This document shows positions 58,564 through 64,000 of a DNA stretch of 64,000 bases, one piece after another (the first letter of the stretch is position 1; each line of letters begins with the position of its first letter). The stretch is from Dudresnaya verticillata (taxonomy: Eukaryota): the NCBI GenBank assembly GCA_977862235.1, contig OZ374559.1:124001-188000 (forward strand), read 5' to 3'. The translations under genes were made by a program, and so were the position numbers. The notes below the pieces were generated by a model. The model searched no databases. It was not told the DNA's origin and saw nothing but the letters and a program-made list of their open reading frames with translations.

Positions 58564-61500
58564 AAGGTCAAAGACCACATCAAGCGACTCGAGTTAACGA
58601 TGAAGGACGCCGCCTTCAACGGCAGCGACCCCGTCATGGTTCTCGAATTTTTAACGCGGTTCGCGGATGAAGCGGACACGCTAGAGATGAGCGAAGCACA
58701 AGCGTTCGTCGCGCTGCCGTACTTCTTAAGGGGCACGGCAGCTGCGCAATTCCACTCCGTCAAATCGACGTCCTCTCGCCACCGCGGCGGCGTCTCATCG
58801 TACCCGGAGGCGGTGCACTACCTCCTCCGCACGTACGCCACGCCTTCGGCGATTCGAGACGCTGTACTCGCCCTGCGGTCGACTAGTCAGAAGCAGGGCG
58901 AAGACGAAACGACTTACGGCATGAGACTCGCCGGCGCATGTATTCGTTGCGGTAACGTTTATCCCGAATAGGAAAAGATGACACTATACATCGATGGGTT
59001 AGACCCGAAGATCAGGTCCTTAGTGGCCCGCTTCCGCGAAGAAACGCCGAGGGCGGAGTTATCTTTCGGACGTTTGGTCCACTTCGCGCAAGACGAAGGC
59101 GACGCGCAACGCGCAAGACGCGGCAGGGCCGGCTCAACGTCAGTAAGACGGGATATAATGGCCCCGGGCCAAGCCGCTCGCGCATTGCGCCCCGCCATTG
59201 GCGACAACCAAACGGTTCTACGTCAACAGACGAGAGGCACGAAGCCTGCCGCACGCGCTATGATAGCGGAGTCTTCCGTTCAGTTCCGTGACGTCACCCA
59301 TCATGCGGACGATATGGAAACACACGCCGATGGCGATCTCTACTTGGCCGATGAACAAGCGTCAGTGCCGACGTTAGCGTTACCAACGGACAGCTACGTC
59401 GAAGACGAGGACACAGGGGCAATGGATCCTACACTCGCCTTTGGGCGTTCCGATGTGCCTGCGCCACGCGTCCCGTACTCGGAGTATGCCCCCCACGTCC
59501 ATCGGGCGAGGCCTGGTTGGCAAGACAGGGGTCCGTCCCGTCAAGACGCTCGCAGACAGTTGATCTGTCATCAGTGTTATGCCCGCGGCCACATCGCACC
59601 GGACTGTTTCCTCCGCATGAGCGAGTTTTGAAAGCGATCGCATACTACGAAGGCCTAACAGACGCCGAGAAGGCAGGGTCCCCGCTGATGCGTACACTCG
59701 GTACAAAGAACGCGCCGCGCACGAAGCAGCACGCCGTGCAGCACGACCGCCGTCGCCAAGGGGCGGACCTATGCCGCATGCAGCAAAACGTCATCCGACG
59801 ATGATCAATCGCTACACAGCGCCGTTACAACCGCCGCAGGCGAAAAACTAATGAGGGTACCAACTCCTGACACTGGGGTGTCGCACCAAGCAGAGAGGCT
59901 TCCGCCTTGGGTGCTGACACGGAAGGAGGACCCGAACGTAGTTAACAAATACGCCGATAGGCGGGTAGATTCGTCACAGACGTCCTTGAAGCGCCCCTGG
60001 TGTAGGTACCAGCCCCCACAAGCCCGGGGACAGTTGTTCGTAATGGCCAAAAGGAACTACAAAGTATACGCCGATCTCGGCGTAACTGTAGGTACCTTGG
60101 CACGTAAACGCACTGTCCTCGTCACGGGGGCTGGTCCGAATTTCATCCATATTGACGATATTCCGCTAGAAGCGCGATCAAGGATCGTATCCAAGAGTCT
60201 CCCCGTCATATCAGACGCTAACAACAAGGCGATTCAGACCAGGGGCACTATCGACTTAGTCGTACGTCTCGGACGAAGGGTTGTCAAGTTGGAGTTGATC
60301 GTTTTCTGAGCGACTCGCTGCGCCGGTTATACTCGGTTGCAACTTTTGCGACCGCTTTGTCGAAGCGATCTACCCGCGAAGTCGCGAGATTGAGTTAGAC
60401 GACGGGACCCGTGTCCCTATAACGCGCCGCCCGCTGCGCCGGCCCCCGTCGTACCCCCCGTTACCAACGGAACAAGAGTACGGCGCGGCCGGAGGACGAA
60501 CGTCGCCCAAGATACGCGTTGCGGAACGAACGATCATCCCGTCACAGGCGCAAAAGTGGATCTCGGTAACGACCGAGCGAGCAGGGGTCATTAACATCCA
60601 ACCGTTTGGGACGTTATATGATCGACAAGCTTTGGCCGTTACTAACGGATTCGCTCAAGTAGAGCCGCTGAGAGTGTTCCAGATTCTCGTCGCAAACTTC
60701 TCACCGCGTCCGCAAGCGCTCGTCAAAGGGCAAGTCGTCGCTACCGCGTTGCCACATCCCACAGCAGTGTTCCCCAGTCACATAAGTCTGGCCGATGTCC
60801 TAGGTATCACCGAGGAGCAGGCAGCAGAGGAAGAGGCGAATCAAGATTTCCGTTTTCAAACGAATGATGGAGTAACGGCACATCCGGATGCATTCGCTAA
60901 GTCGATCGAGGCAACTGTAGCGAAACCTCCGTCAGTGGACGAGTTGGACCTGAGTCATCTCTCAGCCGAACATCAAGGACGGCTGAAGAAGATGCCGCGC
61001 AGGTACTCATCGATGTGGGACGGTTCATTAGGAGAAATCGCAACCACCGAGCACTATATTGACTTGCTCCCCGGCTCCAGGCCGATTTCATCCCCGCCTT
61101 ACCGCGCTGGCCCAAAGCAAGGGCAACTTGCTCAAGCGGAGGTGGATCGCATGTTGCGTTAGGGGGTTATCGCACCTTCACAATCGCCATGGGCGTCGCC
61201 GGTCGTCTTTGCTCCCAAGAAGGACGGTACACGCCGCTTCTGCGTTGACTACCGTCGCTTAAACGCAGTAACGGTACGAGATACGTATCCCCTCCCGCGA
61301 ATCGACGAATGTATTGACAGCCTAGGGGAAGCGAACGTCTTCACCACCCTAGCCTGCAATAGTGGTTACTGGCAGGTGCCCATCAACCCGCGAGATCGCG
61401 ACAAGACGGCGTTCACGTGCCATACCGGATTGTTCCGCTACAAGCGTATGCCCTTCAGATTTACGAACGCACCGGCCACGTTTCAACGGACCCTCGATAT

Positions 61501-64000
61501 CCTGCTTGCTGGTTATAAGTGGCGCTCATGCCTCGTCTACCTTGACGATGTGATCATCTTCTCGAACGATATTGACAGTCACTTCCGTCACGTTGACGAG
61601 ATCCTTTCGACCTTGCATCGGGCCGGGGTGACATTGAAGTTAACCAAGTGCGACTTCTTCACCCCGACCGTCAACTATCTCGGCCATGTGATACGTCCGG
61701 GACGATTGGACGTAGACCGTACGGTCACAGCCGCGTTACGCGAAGCCAAGCATCCGCGGGACCAGAAAGAATTACGGAGCCTTCTCGGATTATGCAACGT
61801 CTATAGACGGTTTGTATTGCGATACGCGCATGTCGCCGCTCCCCTCAACAGTTTGTTAAGGAAAGAGCAAGACTTCCGGTTACAACCGTTCACCGAGGAG
61901 CAAGCTCGCGCATTCAGTACGCTTGAAGCGGTGACTCACCCGCCCATCCTGGCGTTGCCACAACAACGACTACCGTACTCCGTCGATTGTGACGCGAGCG
62001 AGTACCAAGTTGGCTGCGCACTCTTTCAAACGCAGCCTGATGGCGAACGGAAGCCGCGTGGCTTCTGGTCACGCTCGTTAACCGCTCCGGAGCGCAACTA
62101 CTCGGTATCCGAAAAGGAATGCCTAGCAGTAGTCTGGTCGATCACGACGTTGAGACCGTACCTTCAGATGGAGTCCTTCGTAGTCCATACGGACCATTCG
62201 TCATTGAGGTGGCTCATGGAAATCAGCGACCCCTCGGGACGGTTAATGAGATGGCGCCTTCGCCTCTCTGAGTTCGACTTCGTCGTGAAGTATAAAAAGG
62301 GGTACCTGAACACTCAGGCAGATGCCCTCTCACGTCTACAGACGAACGGCGAAACTGTCGAACCAATCGACGATGATATCCCGTGTTACCACGGAAGTTG
62401 CGTCAAAGACGAGGATCACCCGTCAGAGGACGGCTACGCTCACGCAGAAAGCGATACGTCAAACGCCAAGGGCGAAGTCGGTTTCTCCGAACAAGACTTC
62501 GAGGAGTTCGACCAGATGTTGATTACCAACGCGCCACCGGCGGATGAAGTGCTCCTCCGTCAATTGACGCATGAAGAGTTGGTGCATGCTCAGGGCAGTG
62601 ACCAGTACTGTTCCAAGATCCGGAAACGTCTAGACGACGGAGACAACCTTCCGTTTGCAACGGATGAACAGGGACTATTGGTTCGGACCGTCGGGGCCCG
62701 ACCTCAAGTCGTTGTACCATCCGCGTTACGCGTTCGATTGCTCCATCTCCGGCATCATGCCAAATTAGCAGGACATCCCGGAGGGCGGAAGCTGTACCAT
62801 ACGCTTTGACGCGAGTATTATTGGCCGTCTATGTCGGTGGACTGTTACGAGACCGTCCGCAATTGCGTTACTTGCGCGAAGAACCGGGTCCTGATGCGAA
62901 AGAACGTGAAGGAGATGAAAATGTTCCCAGCAACCGAGCCTCTCGAGTTTGTGTCCATCGATATACTCGGGGAGCTCATACGCACTAAGCGGGGGAATAA
63001 GTTCCTACTCGTCATCGTGGACCGCTTCTCAAAGCTGGTCCGGACGGTTCCCTTACGTAAGATTACGGCATTGAAAATCGCTAAGGCGTTTGTTCGACAC
63101 TGGGTGTTCGTGTATGGCCCATCCAAGAAGCTGCTGTCCGACAACGGGCCGCAATTTGTAGCCAAGTTGTTTCAGGACGTCTGCCGCATCTTAGGGGTGG
63201 AGAATCTCTTCACCACTACATACCATCCGCAGTGTAACGGCCAAGTGGAACGATTCAATCGAAACATCCTCGCCTCCCTGCGTCACTACGTAGCAGACCA
63301 CCCCAGCGACTGGGATCTGTTCACCGATGCCTTGACGTTCGCGTACAATACGAAACTGCACTCGTCTACCCACCTCGCTCCATTCGAACTGGTGTTATCT
63401 AAGACCCCGCGGCCATTGTCGCTGGAAGCAGAGCCGTCGCTTGAAAGCTCGCCCACTGCCGGACAGTACTACACCAAATGGTGAACCTGGCTGTCCGCGT
63501 TGATGGGAACCGCTAACGCGTCACTCGCGAAAACGCAGGAGCGTTACAAACGGAACTTCGATACTCGTCTGAGTAAATCGAAGGAGAATATCGCTGTGGG
63601 CGACTTCGCATTCGTGCGGAAGGAATACTTCGCCCGCGGCGGGAGCACCGATCGCTCAGAGCGCAAGCACAAGCTCGCGCCTGTGGCGGATGGACCGTAT
63701 CGAGTAACTCACGTCGACGACGGGACATTCACCGTCGAAAAGGGACGTGGAGAACGCGAACGTTTATCCCGGGACCGCATGGTATGGGCGCCAACCCCAC
63801 CCGGGCACGCAGCCCCCGCAACCATGCACCCACCGGGACCACCTCACGTACCGGGGCCCTGACCCCACGTCAACCGGCGAAGGAGCAGGAACCCCAGACA
63901 CGCCACAGGCGGACCCGGCAGGAGGCACAGGGACACCGCGAAGCACGGACGACGCGCAGGAGCGAATGAATGCAACTCCATTAACTCGAAGGTTAGCAGA
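58564..64000 (+). mobile_element. Ty3/gypsy element, 3' part (rest of gag, protease, RT, RNase H, integrase), degenerate; 3' LTR not in the window
   Basis: CHQCYARGHIAPDC, VLVTGAGPNF, YLDD, DASEY, TDHSSL, ADALSR, HPGG/CVTC, SDNGPQF, NGQVERFN, GPY; several stops. Confidence 0.95.

Noticed and set aside
1..64000. RNA-guided nuclease (TnpB/Fanzor), tRNA or rRNA genes
   Set aside because: No recognisable RuvC/zinc-finger pattern or structural RNA seen by eye; a covariance-model and HMM search would be needed to exclude them.

Overview
Eukaryotic, intron-poor, transposon-dense window; the gene content suggests a red alga (inference). Left part: a decayed Ty1/copia; a Sel1-repeat/Roc-GTPase/COR/TIR immune-receptor-like gene split by an RLE-type LINE with an 11-bp TSD; a truncated TIR paralogue; a P450 pseudogene; a full-length copia with 270-bp LTRs; a decayed chromodomain gypsy; a LINE fragment; a tyrosine-recombinase retrotransposon. 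Right part: a gypsy element whose gag is interrupted by a ~24-kb DNA transposon (34605-58563) with long TIRs and a 2-bp TSD. That element carries a 1149-aa transposase, a ParB-like/N6-N4 DNA methyltransferase fusion gene, captured host gene fragments (WDR20-like, SerRS, phospholipase D) and a nested LINE. The methyltransferase and the transposase share a ~100-aa domain ending in AWDL. This methyltransferase-bearing giant transposon is the best candidate for an undescribed system. All calls come from reading motifs by eye; no database searches were run.
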